A DNA stretch of 63,058 bases, counting the filler, from Reclinomonas americana ATCC 50394 (taxonomy: Eukaryota), in assembly GCA_048213135.1 (NCBI GenBank). It is 6 parts of 5 records of this genome, joined end to end, with 100 filler letters (N's around TTAATTAATTAA, not from the genome) between each part and the next. Parts side by side here need not be neighbours in the genome. Positions count along the whole stretch, not along the records: positions 1 to 31,526 come from PS015651.1; 5 more parts are not named here. One strand, written 5' to 3'. The notes under the pieces are model-generated. The model was given only the letters and a program-made list of their open reading frames with translations. It was not told the DNA's origin and made no database searches. The position numbers were made by a program, and so were the translations under genes. Of the stretch, positions 13,073-26,166 are shown one piece after another; position 1 is the stretch's first letter, and each line of letters opens with the position of its first letter.

Positions 13073-16000
13073 TCACCGATCGCGAGGCGTCCAGTCTGCT
13101 CCGTAAATGGCGCGCAACTGGCTCATGAGCACTGTAGGAAGAAAATGACAGTGAGGAGAGCGCGGGGGGCAATTTGCTTGACGAAAACATGTCTGCATAC
13201 CGATACGGATGTCCGCCAGCAAAGCCTCCTTCTCTGTATCGGTCTCTGGCGCCAGCTCCGGCGCCGCGGTGAGAACGTGCTCGAACTCCTGCTGCACCAA
13301 CTTGTCGACATCGGCCGTCGACGGCGCCTCCGACTCGGCCACCGCGTCCAGCAGCCGTCGGGGACGACGCTGAGCAAGACGTTGCGACAGGGCGTGCGAG
13401 GCCAGTGCATGCACGGCGCGGCTGATGCCAACCAACGCACGCAGCAGCGTCTCCGAAAACGACGTGGGCAGCTCGGTGGGTGGTGGTGGCGGTGGTGGTG
13501 GTGGAAGTTCGGCCTCCGCAACTTCCCACACGGCGCTCAGCAGTCCACCAGAGGGTCTGCCACCACCACCGCCTTCAGTCACTTCGAGGGCGGCGGCCAG
13601 CAGACCACCCCTGCTGGCCGGGCGAGGCTCCTTCAGCGGCCCCACCACTTCGAGTGTTGCTGCCAGGAGGCCTCCGGCGCGAGTCGGCGACACGGGCGGT
13701 TGCAAGTCGCCCGTGACCTCCAGCACGGACGACAGCAGATTTGACGATGCAAGACGTGGCGGCTCATCGACCAGCTCCAGAGCGCCGGCCAGCAGTCCCT
13801 TGCGTGCACTTGTGGATGCTGGTGACGGCGGCATCACCACCACCTGCTTGTCGGCGTCCTCTGCAATCTCCAGCGTCGCCGCCAGCAAACCCCGTGTCGG
13901 CGCAGGCGGTGGCGGCGGTGGTGGTGGCGCCGCCGCGGCCGATCCCATGAGCATGTCCAGCATGCCACCACCGCGGCTGCTCTCGGACGACGACGGGGTG
14001 GTGGCTTCGGAGAGTGCGCCCATCACAGCCTCCAGCATGGAACTGGCCGGCTGACTGCTGCCGCTGTCGCCCACCGACACCGGCACTGCCAGTGTCACAT
14101 CGCCACCAACCAGTGGCGGCGGCTGGGACGGCGGCGGCGGTGCCATGAAACTGTCGAGGAAAGAGCTGCGTCGTGTATCGAGGGCCGCGTCCGACGGGTC
14201 ACTGCTGTGACTGCGAAAACTGGCAAACGACAGCGTGTCTCGTGCACTTGTGCCATCCGCTTCTGACTGGTCGGCCGGGGCCAGCAATGATCCAGAAGGT
14301 GCGACAGAGCCTCCATCTGCCAGCGACGCGAAGCTGACTCCAAGCAGTGACGACATGGCTGCCGGTTGTTTCGGCGACACTGGCGACGGTTGCGCATCGA
14401 CAAGATCGGCAAACAACTTGGAGGAGACACTGCTGGTCGCCTCCTTGGGCGAGACTGGCGGTTGTCCGTCGGGCATTTCACCGGCTGCGAGCTCAGCAAA
14501 TCCGACGCCCAGCAGCTTCGATGCGGCCGGTGGGCCTTTCGGCGAGCGCGCCGACGACCGCGCCGACTGCTTCGGTGACAGCGCAGGTTGTCCATCGGCA
14601 GCGAGGTCGACGAAACTCACACCGAGCAGTGTAGACGAGGCGGACTTGCCAGCCGGGGCGTGGTCGTCGCCGGCCAGCACAAGATCGAGCAGCACATGGC
14701 TGCGACCGGACGGGCGATCCGATCGGGCCGACATTGACGAGGCGTTCCCGATGTTGAGCAGTGCGTCGACACCACTGCCACCAGCACCGCCAGCACCGGT
14801 CTCATCCAGAAGCGTGAAACGGCGCTTTGTTGCCGCCGGCGGTGCAATAAACAGTGGCGCAACCAGCATCTGGAACAGCGCGTCAAACACGGTTCCGTCG
14901 CCGTCGCCCGCGCGAAAGAGCGCCTCAATGGTCTTGAGCGTGGCCATTGTAGCGACTCGCGAGAGATCACGGACGAAACGACCCCCGCGCTACGTATGTA
15001 GGTGAGGTTGTGTCATGAAGCCAATGAGCAAACGACAAAGACGACGCACCAGAACCGCGTCCTTGAGCAGACCGCGTGTGAGTTGGCCTTGCTCGGCCTC
15101 GGATGGGAATCGAATGAGGCCCATCAGCACTTGGGCCAAGCGTAGCACGTGGTCGGCGCCCTTGGAGATGGGTGCGGCGAGAAACTCAAACACGCGCATG
15201 ACAGACTCCACATCGGCCGTGTTAATGGAGCCGTCTTCGTCTCGATCAAAGAGTACACAGAGGGCGCGGAAGAAGTCGGCGGCGCACTCCTGCTGCACGT
15301 GTTTCCACTCGGCATCGAGTTGCACAAACAGAGCGCACACCACCTCGGCAACGTGCTTGTTCTACAAAGAGAGGCAAGGAAACGGAAGGCAGATAAGCAC
15401 TTGCATGCACCACGCCACTGCCAATGGCGAAGCAAAATGATTCACCTTGAGCCACTGATCGAAGAACCGGTGGTGCACGTCGGCAGACTCAGCATACGCC
15501 TTGACCACGGCGTCGACGAGATCAGTGACGCGACAGCGGCCGTCGGGGCACTCGGCAAGAGCCGCCAAGAACAACTTCTTAATGGGCGGCAGCAAATGGA
15601 GCTGCGGATCGGTGACCGCGGTTGCCAGCTTGGAGACAGCAGGCAAGTGCGCTTCGAAACCCTCGTTCAGCTTCTTGTACAACTCGGCCGGTACGAGAGC
15701 ACAGGCTTCCTCGATGGTAAAGTACCCGCTGCGATGACACGGTGAGGGACGCGAGGGAGGCGGCGAGACGTGCATTTCCAACACACCGGCCCTGGCCATC
15801 GGCAAACATTGCAATGACATCCAGCTGCCGTCCGAGTGTGTCGTCCATGCGATCCAACAGCACGTTGGCGTACTGCGCAGCTGATGCACCAACGACACCG
15901 ATCCACTGCCTCACCGTCGGTGAGTGACTGGATGATGGGTGAAACGATGCACAAGAGGGGGGGCAACTCACCGGCTCAACCGTGGCCCGGACGAGCTGCC

Positions 16001-19000
16001 AAGCGTCTCCCAGAAGCGCACGCAAATCAGCGGCAGAAAAGTAGCCGTCACCGTCGGCGTCGAGAACATACAGCCACTTGTCAAAGTTGAAAACTCCCTG
16101 GCTCTCGAAATCGCTCCACACATCCTATCACACAAGTTACGCGTCGGCACATGGAGAGCGAGCGAGAGTGAGAGAGAGGCAAGAAATCTCATGACGCAAC
16201 ATGCACATCGAGACCCGAATGCAACGACTCGAATACCGCAGACAGTACAANNNNNNNNNNNNNNNNNNNNNNNNNNNNNNNNNNNNNNNNNNNNNNNNNN
16301 NNNNNNNNNNNNNNNNNNNNNNNNNNNNNNNNNNNNNNNNNNNNNNNNNNNNNNNNNNNNNNNNNNNNNNNNNNNNNNNNNNNNNNNNNNNNNNNNNNNN
16401 NNNNNNNNNNNNNNNNNNNNNNNNNNNNNNNNNNNNNNNNNNNNNNNNNNNNNNNNNNNNNNNNNNNNNNNNNNNNNNNNNNNNNNNNNNNNNNNNNNNN
16501 NNNNNNNNNNNNNNNNNNNNNNNNNNNNNNNNNNNNNNNNNNNNNNNNNNNNNNNNNNNNNNNNNNNNNNNNNNNNNNNNNNNNNNNNNNNNNNNNNNNN
16601 NNNNNNNNNNNNNNNNNNNNNNNNNNNNNNNNNNNNNNNNNNNNNNNNNNNNNNNNNNNNNNNNNNNNNNNNNNNNNNNNNNNNNNNNNNNNNNNNNNNN
16701 NNNNNNNNNNNNNNNNNNNNNNNNNNNNNNNNNNNNNNNNNNNNNNNNNNNNNNNNNNNNNNNNNNNNNNNNNNNNNNNNNNNNNNNNNNNNNNNNNNNN
16801 NNNNNNNNNNNNNNNNNNNNNNNNNNNNNNNNNNNNNNNNNNNNNNNNNNNNNNNNNNNNNNNNNNNNNNNNNNNNNNNNNNNNNNNNNNNNNNNNNNNN
16901 NNNNNNNNNNNNNNNNNNNNNNNNNNNNNNNNNNNNNNNNNNNNNNNNNNNNNNNNNNNNNNNNNNNNNNNNNNNNNNNNNNNNNNNNNNNNNNNNNNNN
17001 NNNNNNNNNNNNNNNNNNNNNNNNNNNNNNNNNNNNNNNNNNNNNNNNNNNNNNNNNNGAGCAGCGTTCGCAGCAGCTCCTCCAAGTCCCCTGCCGACGC
17101 CTCTCTGCGCACCACCACTGTTTAGAACACTAGAAACAATGCGAGAAGCAAGTCGCGCACGCACGTGTCTTCGCCGGCCTGCACCTGCAGCCCCTTGCTG
17201 ACAGCAGTTCGACACTCGCGCAGTGTTGAATCGAGAAAGGCTTCGTAGCCCGGGTTGGGTGCACTGGAGTCCTCTGTCAGTCGTCCGAGAATGGCGTCGG
17301 ATGCCACACTACCCTGCCGACACACAGTGACGCTTGCCAGCGACAGCGGTTCGTCGACTACGCTATTGCTGCGCAGTCGGAAGACGGCCAGCACTGCGTT
17401 TCGCAATGGCCCGGCAAACTTTTCCACTGCACCCTGCGCGCGGTCGAGTTGGCACCTGTTACACGCACGCACTCAAACATGGTGTACGCACCTCCTCGAC
17501 GCTGTCGCCGATGTACTCGTTGAGTTGTGACGGATTCACCTGCACGGTGGTCATCAGCGAAACATGTGAGGGTGCGTGCGTGCATTTCTCACGCACCCCA
17601 GAGCCCACAAACAGTGACAGCTGCATGGCATCGTCGACGAGAACGACTGCAGATGAGGCAAGACTGCTGCGAGTAGGCGTCAACAGTTGCACCTGTGCAC
17701 CACTTGCCGATGAGAACATGTTGTCGTAGGCAGCATCAACATCATGGCTTCGGTTCACCTCATCGCCTTCACTCTGCATGGCGAGACGACGCAGTGAGTA
17801 CGACACAGAGATGCAACGCGGAGTGGTCATCTTCAAGTACCGCAGGAAGGAGTTTGATGAAACGCGGATGGAGCCACGTGACACAGTCGGCCACACCGGC
17901 GGCGGCAACAAACTGCTTGAGAAGACGAATGTCCAGTGGAGTCATGCGCTCATGCGGCATCAGCAGTGGCGACTGTGCACCCTCGCAATGTGAACACACA
18001 CACAAGGAGACGGGGGGAGGTACCGAACCCCATTCCTAACAAAACACACCCGCAAGAGTGCGTGAATGTACAACGGCAGGAGCGCCAGCTCTGGCGGAGG
18101 TCGCGGCACGGTCTTGTCGACGCCCGGTTTCTGTGTAAAGTACAAGCGCAGTGTCTGCTGCAGAGTGTCGGCGAGGAGCTGTTGCACGAGTTCGGGGCCG
18201 TTCTCTTGGTCTTGGAGGCGAGAACCTGGGCAGATGTGGATGTGGGTGCTTGCACACAACGGCGTGCAAAAGAAAGAGGGACGGAGACGGAAGAGGCGAA
18301 ACAGCTCTTGGCCAGCGATGCGGCGCATGCGTGGACATCGACGTGATCGAATAATTCGTACGACTGCGCCACGATCGGCAGTCGAGCGTTGAGAACGCGT
18401 ACACGCCGATGTCCCTGCACCGACGAGTACCTGTCCCACGCGCGGGATATGAGGCAACAGAGACAATGTGCACATAGAGCAGGATCACGAAACAGATACA
18501 CGACTTGCACGTGGACGTGTTGGAATTCGAGCGGCAACGAGGTGTGTCCAATGTCAATGGTCACCGACTGCGATTGTAAACGAACCATCGGTGAGCGCGG
18601 AGTGCGGCCGAGGCAGCATGCAACATTCAATACCTGATGCGGCTTGAGTGTGGTTGCAGTAATCACGTCTCCCGACCGCACATGGTAGGGTCCGTAGACT
18701 GCACAAACGGCGAGACCCGACACTCGCACGCGGATTACGCCGTCCAGTCCAAGTGGCCCGGTGAGCGTGTGCATCATGCAGCGCTGCAACCGTGATGCAT
18801 CGCGCAGTGGCTGGAATCGCGGAAAATAGAACGTCTGACCTGCCGTGGTCTCTGGCAGCTCTGCGCGCCGCCGAGTGGCAAGAGCAGTGAGCGACGTTTT
18901 CCACTGTGGGGACAGAGACAATCGCACACGCACGCACCGAGCATGGCGGGATCCAACGGTGGAGCAGATTCGTGTGGACTGAGAAAGAGGTGACAGGAGA

Positions 19001-20592
19001 CTCCATTGCGCGCCAGATTGACTCCCAGGGTTGGCCAACTGCCCAGCGCACCACACGACAGCTAGTGAGCATCTCACCGGCACAACCCACATTGGTGGTC
19101 TCGCAACTCAATGGCCTTCAGTGGGCGAGCGAGGAAAAACGACGCGCAGCCACCAATCGGTCGCTGCACAGCAGTGTGAGCAGCAGCAGCAGGCACCACT
19201 CACACGCGCACATGTACAGCTCCCGGTACTCAACAATTAGACGATCGACCATGTAAAACAGCAGCTCGCTGTCGATTTCGGTGGACGAGGGCGACGCCGA
19301 CTGTTCCCCGTCGATCACGTGCAGAATGCTGTCGAGCATGTGCGCCACTGTGATCACCAGCATGCAACTGAGAAAGAGTGATCCAACAAAGGGACGAATG
19401 GAGACGCCGGCACGAACCGATCGGCTTCGGATCCAGACCACTCTGCGACACTCGCATCATTTCGTGAAAGGGCGCAACCAGCGGCACCTCGGCAGAGGTC
19501 ACACTCAGAAAGAGCGTCTCGCTCTGTGTACACACACCATCGTGAGGTGCACGATGAAAGAGCGTGCGCCGCCAGCACGCGTACCGAGGATGCCGGTGGC
19601 AGCGGCTGATAGACGCGCAACGAGTTGTCCGGATGGACCGTCAACACCGTCAGCAGAGTGCGCGGATTCAACAGCACCTGCGGCAGCACTCCGCGCAGAA
19701 ACTCGACCACTCGCTGTGCGTACCCTGTGCACGGCTCGGTCATCAGTGACGAGTCGCAAGCAAGTTCTCTCTCTCGAAATTAATGCACACCTGAGCGTGC
19801 AGACTCGGGCGACACATCGATCACCAGCAGGAACGCCGGCGGTGGTGGCGGTCGAATGACCAACTCGGGCGGAGCCTCCACCTCGAAGCTGCGAGCCCGC
19901 TGTTTCAGGAGCAAGCAACCCTCCACGTCGCAAAAGACCACACAACGCACCACGCCGACAAGAGCTCCGGTCGCGTCAACACATCGACTCGACGACCGCG
20001 TCCATCCACCGGCGACATGTACTTGGGCGGCACTGCACACATTCCCGCGACGAGCGACTAAGCACACTACCCTCTCTCACACAGACAGACAGGCAGGGCA
20101 CGCACCCTCGTTGGGCGACGCACACGAGGTGCACATCCACTGCTTGCCCTCGCGCACAAACTTGGTGAAGCAGTTGACAAAGGCGCGACACTGGCGACAC
20201 CGTGGCACCTCGCCGGCGACCGACGGCACCAGTGTGGAGCCGGGTACACACGAGGCCGGGTGCAGTGGCTGCACAGTGATGGAGAGTGGCAGACGCCACT
20301 GTCGACGCGCGGCACTCGAGCGCGGCATCGCATTCACTGTGCATCGCAGCAGGCGGCGATCGCAGGCCATCTGGAATGGATTACCCTGTGTTGTTATGTG
20401 AGAGAGCGAGTGGCGTGTCAGAGAGAGAGAGGAGAGAAGGAGGTGGCGCACTGGGATCTCCACATCTGAGAGCTTGTACGGCACTGCTGAGCCTCCGTCC
20501 AAGCCTGTGGCCACCACCACGTCGGCAGTGCCAGTGAGGCGAGGCACAGCAGCGGAGCGCGATGGAAGGGCGGCTGCGGCGGAAGCACTCAT
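13073..20592 (-). CDS. Divergent Sec24 (COPII) apparently continuing across an N gap into an EF-hand region and a long low-complexity tail
   Basis: Sec24 motifs: LRCTVNAMP, Zn finger RCRQCRAFVN...WMCTSC, FLLVIDVS, TAGQTFYFPRF, GLDGVIRVRVSG, GHRRVRV, LLPLYIHALLR, LTED...GYEAFL. Coding sequence continues to both edges of the gap at 16251-17058. EF-hand loops DADGDGYFSAAD and DRDEDGSINTAD follow; stop at 13073. Confidence 0.75.
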
Positions 20593-20705
20593 CGCGCTCG
20601 ATATCTTACTTTGGCAAGGCGGCACGGGACATACGGACTTCGTTCATTCTCTCCCACTCTCTGTGCGTTTGTATGTGTGGTGGTGGTGGTGGTGGTGGTG
20701 GCCTC

Positions 20706-21986
20706 TCACGCCAGCTTCTCCTTGTGCGATCGCTTCGACAATTTCTTGAACTCGTGGAACAGGCTGTTCTTGATCGGATGCCACGCAGCGCGAAGCTCCT
20801 CTCTGCCACCGACGCAGTGAGCACGGGGTCGCATGAAAAGGCAGCGAACGACAATGCTGAGAGAGACGCAACAGTGACTCGGTGCGGTAATACGTCTTGC
20901 CTGGGTGCTCCAGCAGCGCGGCCAGCGACACGGCCTCGACAAAGAGCCGATGCGGCGCCAGCTTCTGTGGTACGAAGCCGATCGGCAACACAGCAGGCGT
21001 CGCGAACGCCGAGCGGAACCCTGCCGCAGCCGGCAGTGGCTGCACGCAAGACACGAACCCGGTCAGACACACACGCATGATACGACCCTTGACCCCCTTG
21101 ACACGACGCAACAGCAGGCACGAATCGACGCGAACTCCTCGCACGCACAGCCTCCTCCTCGTCGCTGTCCTCGGCCGCTGCCGCCGCAAAGTTGAAGCGA
21201 AACACTCCCGTCGACTCCTCCTCGGCCGGCAAGTCATCGCCCTCATGCGGAGGCTCAGGCGACTCGTCTGCAAACATGTCAGGAAAAAAAAAAGGCCGCA
21301 CTAGCGCATAGACACGTGCGCGCACCTCCTCGCCCACTCGCTGCATCATCCTCCGACGAGCTCTCGCTGTCCGACTGACTGGCCTCGTCGCTGGAGCTCA
21401 CCGAATCATCGGAAGCACTCGTCGGCTCACCTGTGCAAGTCGCATTCAGGCAGGCCTGGAAGGAAAACTCGCACAAGCAACTCACCATCCGCATCACTCT
21501 GCAACACCTCCTCATCCGTCGACGTCTCATCTGCGACATGCTCTCAGAAAAAAACGCGTGTGAGAGGCAAAGAGAGCGCGCGCGCACACCTGCTGGCTCT
21601 GTGTCACTCGACGCACCACCCTCCGCTGCACACACACACACACACACACAGTGAGCACAACGAGCACAACGAGCGAGCGAGCGAGCGAGAGAGAGACGCA
21701 ACACTCTTCATCTCCATTTCCCGAATCCGCCGTCACCACCACCACCCTCTCTCTCCTTCTTCTTCTCCTCCTCGCGCTCTTCTCCTCTGCTTCCTCATCC
21801 TCACTCTCATCACTGCTGACGGCGTGCTTGGCGCGCTTGTGCACAGGCGCCAACTCATCATCATCCTCTATGAGAGCGAGAGAGAGATCAAATGAGCACA
21901 AAGAGACAATTCACGCGACAGTGTGTTCAACTGGCACTACCGTGTGCGGGATGCTCGCGTCCACGGCGGTGAGACGAAGAAGGCAT
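20706..21986 (-). CDS. Acidic/low-complexity nuclear protein with a NOL8/Nop8-like C-terminal motif
   Basis: Start MPSSSHRRGREHPAH spliced to EDDDELAPVHKRAK; D/E/S-rich exons; C-terminal FMRP...EELRAAW...LFHEFKKLSKRSHKEK resembles the NOL8 C-terminus (weak, from memory). Confidence 0.5.
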
Positions 21987-22092
21987 CGCGCGCTCTGCGT
22001 GAAGGCTAGGCCTATAGGCGGGTTCGGTGAAATCGCCGCCATTTCACTTGTTCTTTTACTGTTTGCTTTTGCGGGAGAGCGCACACCGCCCG

Positions 22093-22138
22093 ATGGCGTC
22101 ATCGTCGTCATCAACGCCGCCGGCATCTGCTGCTGCAG
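22093..22138 (+). CDS. Probable first exon of the cytosolic isoleucyl-tRNA synthetase gene
   Basis: ATG, MASSSSSTPPASAAA, then a GTCAGT donor and an intron running into the gap; same strand as the IleRS 3' end. Confidence 0.45.
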
Positions 22139-23079
22139 GTCAGTTGGCATGCCTTGTGTGCGCGTGCGTGTGTGTGTGTGCATGAAAAAAAGTGTGTGTT
22201 TTTTCCCGCGCGCGCACACTCACTTTTTTTTTATGTGTGCGCACAGATGCAAGTGAGAGCAAGAGCGAATTGCACGTGTCGCCTTCCGGTCTCGAGGAGG
22301 GTGCGTGCGTGCGTTTGTTTGTGTTTGTGTGTGTGTTTTTTTNNNNNNNNNNNNNNNNNNNNNNNNNNNNNNNNNNNNNNNNNNNNNNNNNNNNNNNNNN
22401 NNNNNNNNNNNNNNNNNNNNNNNNNNNNNNNNNNNNNNNNNNNNNNNNNNNNNNNNNNNNNNNNNNNNNNNNNNNNNNNNNNNNNNNNNNNNNNNNNNNN
22501 NNNNNNNNNNNNNNNNNNNNNNNNNNNNNNNNNNNNNNNNNNNNNNNNNNNNNNNNNNNNNNNNNNNNNNNNNNNNNNNNNNNNNNNNNNNNNNNNNNNN
22601 NNNNNNNNNNNNNNNNNNNNNNNNNNNNNNNNNNNNNNNNNNNNNNNNNNNNNNNNNNNNNNNNNNNNNNNNNNNNNNNNNNNNNNNNNNNNNNNNNNNN
22701 NNNNNNNNNNNNNNNNNNNNNNNNNNNNNNNNNNNNNNNNNNNNNNNNNNNNNNNNNNNNNNNNNNNNNNNNNNNNNNNNNNNNNNNNNNNNNNNNNNNN
22801 NNNNNNNNNNNNNNNNNNNNNNNNNNNNNNNNNNNNNNNNNNNNNNNNNNNNNNNNNNNNNNNNNNNNNNNNNNNNNNNNNNNNNNNNNNNNNNNNNNNN
22901 NNNNNNNNNNNNNNNNNNNNNNNNNNNNNNNNNNNNNNNNNNNNNNNNNNNNNNNNNNNNNNNNNNNNNNNNNNNNNNNNNNNNNNNNNNNNNNNNNNNN
23001 NNNNNNNNNNNNNTGGTGACACAGCGTCAGCAACGGATGGTGCGACATGCACATGTCGTCGTGGCGCAACTTGGCTCAC

Positions 23080-24376
23080 GCTCCTCTGGCGGCAAGAGGT
23101 TGCGCAGGTTCTGGTACATGAGCTCGGTCATGAACGGCGTGAACGAGGCCTGTGGAAGACAAAAACACTTTAAGTCACCTAATCCTCGTCCGTGTGCGTA
23201 TGCGCGCGCGCTGAAGACAAACCATAAGACGGCAAAGCAGCATCAGGACTTCGAACAGGGTGCTCAGGGCCTCGCGGCTGTCCTCGACGCCGCCCGAACC
23301 CTTCATGCGATCGCGGTTCAACTTGACGTACCAGTTGGTGAACTGGTCCAGGAACTGCATCAACCGCGGGATCACAGTGTACAGGCGGTATGCTATTGCG
23401 GGAGCGATGATGAGCAAACACACGTCACATGGTGGCAGCAGACACAACAACACGCGCTGCGTACCCTTCATCTCGGCGTGGACAAAGAAAGTCAGGCGGT
23501 GGGCGGCCGCGAGGATCCAGTGATCCATCAGGTTGTGTCGGCGGCCAGTGGTGCACGTGAATGTCTCGCCGGTGCTCTGTGTTGTCGAGTCAGTCATCAC
23601 CAAGTCTTGCAGATAAAGACGAGATAAAGTGGAAAACCAACTCACCCTCTCCAGTCGGTGCACGTTTTGTACAAAGAACCGGTAGGCGTTGTACCAGGGG
23701 AGGAGGGTGTCCTTGACCACGTTCTTGACACCATCGTCCACAAAGCACAGCTCCTCGGCTCGCACCACGGGGGAGTTGATCAGGTAAACACTAAACACGG
23801 GACACACAACAGTGAGCGTCGAGTACATGGGACACGTGGTCACGAAAGAGATGAGACAGGAGACGCACCGCAGCGCATCTGCGCCGAATTCGTTGATGAT
23901 GAGATCTGGCGCCGTGTAATTCTTCAGGCGCTTGCTCATCTTCTTGCCGTCACTGAAAAGACACAAAACAGTTCATGAGCAGCACGACAAAATGAAAAAA
24001 AAATGTGTCACAAGCAGGTACGCAACGCGGCAAGGACCAGGCCGTTGACAATCAGATTCTTGAATGGCGGCTTGTCAAACAGGGCGGTCGAGAGCACCAG
24101 CAGAGTGTAGAACCATCCGCGCGTCTGGTCAATGCCCTCGGCGACGAAATCGGCGGGGAAACCCTGTGGCAAAGCCGGAGGTGAGCAACTGAATCAGAGA
24201 TGAATGAAAAGGGGGCACCACGCACCTTCTCAAACGACTCGACATTCTCAAACGGATAGTGCTTTTGTGCGTATGGCATGCTGCCGCTCTCGAACCAGCA
24301 GTCAAACACTTCCTCCGTGCGCCGCAGAGGCGGGTATGCGTCACCACGTGGATCGGGCATGGTCAGACCGTCGACA
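23080..24376 (-). CDS. IARS1: Cytosolic isoleucyl-tRNA synthetase, central exons, on a gap-flanked contig in inverted orientation
   Basis: [69 protein letters not shown]. Confidence 0.95.
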
Positions 24377-24841
24377 CTGCGAGGAAGAGAAAAGCGGTCA
24401 ATACATGAGGGAGGTGCACTCACACGAGCACGAATCAATGAGCGAGCAAGACGCAACAANNNNNNNNNNNNNNNNNNNNCTGTTCTGTGCTCTCCCTTTC
24501 CTTTATCTGTCCCGACACTTCGAAGCTGTCCGGCGAAAGCTCCTCCATTTTCCGGGCAGTCAAAAGTAGTCGGAGAATGAGTAGTGCCAGTTTAGTTTGC
24601 TGAAGCAGCGTTTGATTTTCTGTCGCTGAAAACTTCGGCCAGATGGCTAGCACACATTTTTTGCCCCTCCCCTCCCCTCCCGATGCTTGCTCTCTTCTCT
24701 GCTTGATTGCTCTCCTCCACCACTGCCACCACCACGATCTTGCTACCTCGTGTTGCCGCTGCTGATGACTGACTCGTGCGCTGTGGGGTGTGTGTGTGTG
24801 TTTTGTGGTTTGCGGTGTGTTAGTTTGTGCGCCGTGCCAAG

Positions 24842-25329
24842 AACGAGAAGTCGTGCAACACGGACGGCGCCGTGCTGATCTCACTGGATCTGGAACTGAC
24901 GCCGGCCTTGCGCGAGGAGTACTACTCGCGCGAGTTTATCAGCCGTGTGCAAGCCCTGCGCAAGAGCGTTGCGTCATTCTATTCTTTTGCGGGTGATTTG
25001 TGTGTGTGTACGTGGCGACTTACTATTGTCATTTGATACAGTCGGGACTGAAGCTCTACCACAACATTGACATTGAGTACACGACCGAGGAGCAGGAGCT
25101 GGTGAATGCGGTGACGGCGCAGACCGACGCCATCTCGAGTAAGCTGCGCACGGTCCCACGACGTGTCAGCGAGGTGCGCTCAGCATGCACTGGCCATGTC
25201 GAGGCGGTGGTACGTCTACTTGTCTTGTTCTGTCTCTTGTTGTCGATGAATTTCTACTCACACTTCTGTCTCTTGCTCGTGCAGATTGACGGCAAGAGTG
25301 TGGTGGTGACTATCAATGTGGTGCCCTGA
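24842..25329 (+). CDS. IARS1: Cytosolic isoleucyl-tRNA synthetase, C-terminal exons
   Basis: LISLDLELTPALREEYYSREFISRVQALRK-SGL matches the eukaryotic IleRS C-terminal motif LD......EG..RE...RIQ..RK..GL; stop at 25329. Confidence 0.8.
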
Positions 25330-25368
25330 GTGGTGTGTTTGTGAAACAAATGTATATTGCCAACTGTT

Positions 25369-26064
25369 TTAGCAAGCCCAGTTCTTCAACGTGCCCACCA
25401 CCTCGTACTGCTTGTTGAACTTGTCGATCCACTCTTGCAGCGTGCGTCGCTTCTTGTCGTCGAGTGAATCCTGCGCCACTGCCACGTTAGCGAATGACAC
25501 GCACACACGCACGTAGACCGCAAACTGCTCACCAGGCGACCGTGTACATCGTTGAGCTGCACAGAGGGAGAGAGAGAGAGCGAAGGGTGAACCACATGCA
25601 AACGTGATTTGGAGGCCGCACACGCAACTTCGTAGCTGAGGTTGGCCAGCGCATGCGAGCACTCTCGCCCACCAAACACACGATAGGGCGACTCCCCAGA
25701 GTAGATGTGTCGCCTCGGCGAGACGTCATACACCACACCCTTTACGCTCAGGTACAGCTGCACAAAACAAACACGTCAGAGTGATCATCGTGCGACTGAT
25801 GCATTTTGTGTGCACCCGCACCGGCTTCGCAGTGTCGACGCCGTCAAACTCGGCAAGTTCGGCGGCCGTGAACTCGCGTTGCTTGCTGCTGCTGCCGCCC
25901 TTTGCTGCCGCACCGTCGCTGTCAGCAGGCGCAGGCGCAATCCCGTGCGGCTGCTGGGCCGGCAGCTTGGCGCGAAACAACAGGCGGTTGAGCAGGAGAG
26001 TGAAGAGCCAGCCGGTCACCAGAATGCCAAGTGCCACGGGCAGAATGATGCTCAGGTCCAACAT
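25369..26064 (-). CDS. Membrane-associated progesterone receptor (MAPR/PGRMC-like) cytochrome b5-like heme/steroid-binding protein
   Basis: N-terminal TM helix; REFTAAELAEFDG, LYLSVKGVVYDVS, PYRVFGGRECSHALA, LQEWIDKFNKQYEVVG. Confidence 0.92.
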
Positions 26065-26166
26065 CTGCGTGTGTGCGCAACGATGACAGACGGATGACGA
26101 GGGACAGTGAAGAGGACGACGATGGAGACAACTCAGCAAAGTCAAGTCACTTCACTGCGATGGTCT

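Noticed and set aside
14235..15005. Long antisense ORFs over coding exons (many throughout the window)
   Set aside because: Expected shadows of GC-rich coding sequence; no recognisable motifs.
24480..24660. Small hairpin CTGTCCGG...CCGGGCAG in an IleRS intron (possible snoRNA)
   Set aside because: No convincing C/D or H/ACA box arrangement.
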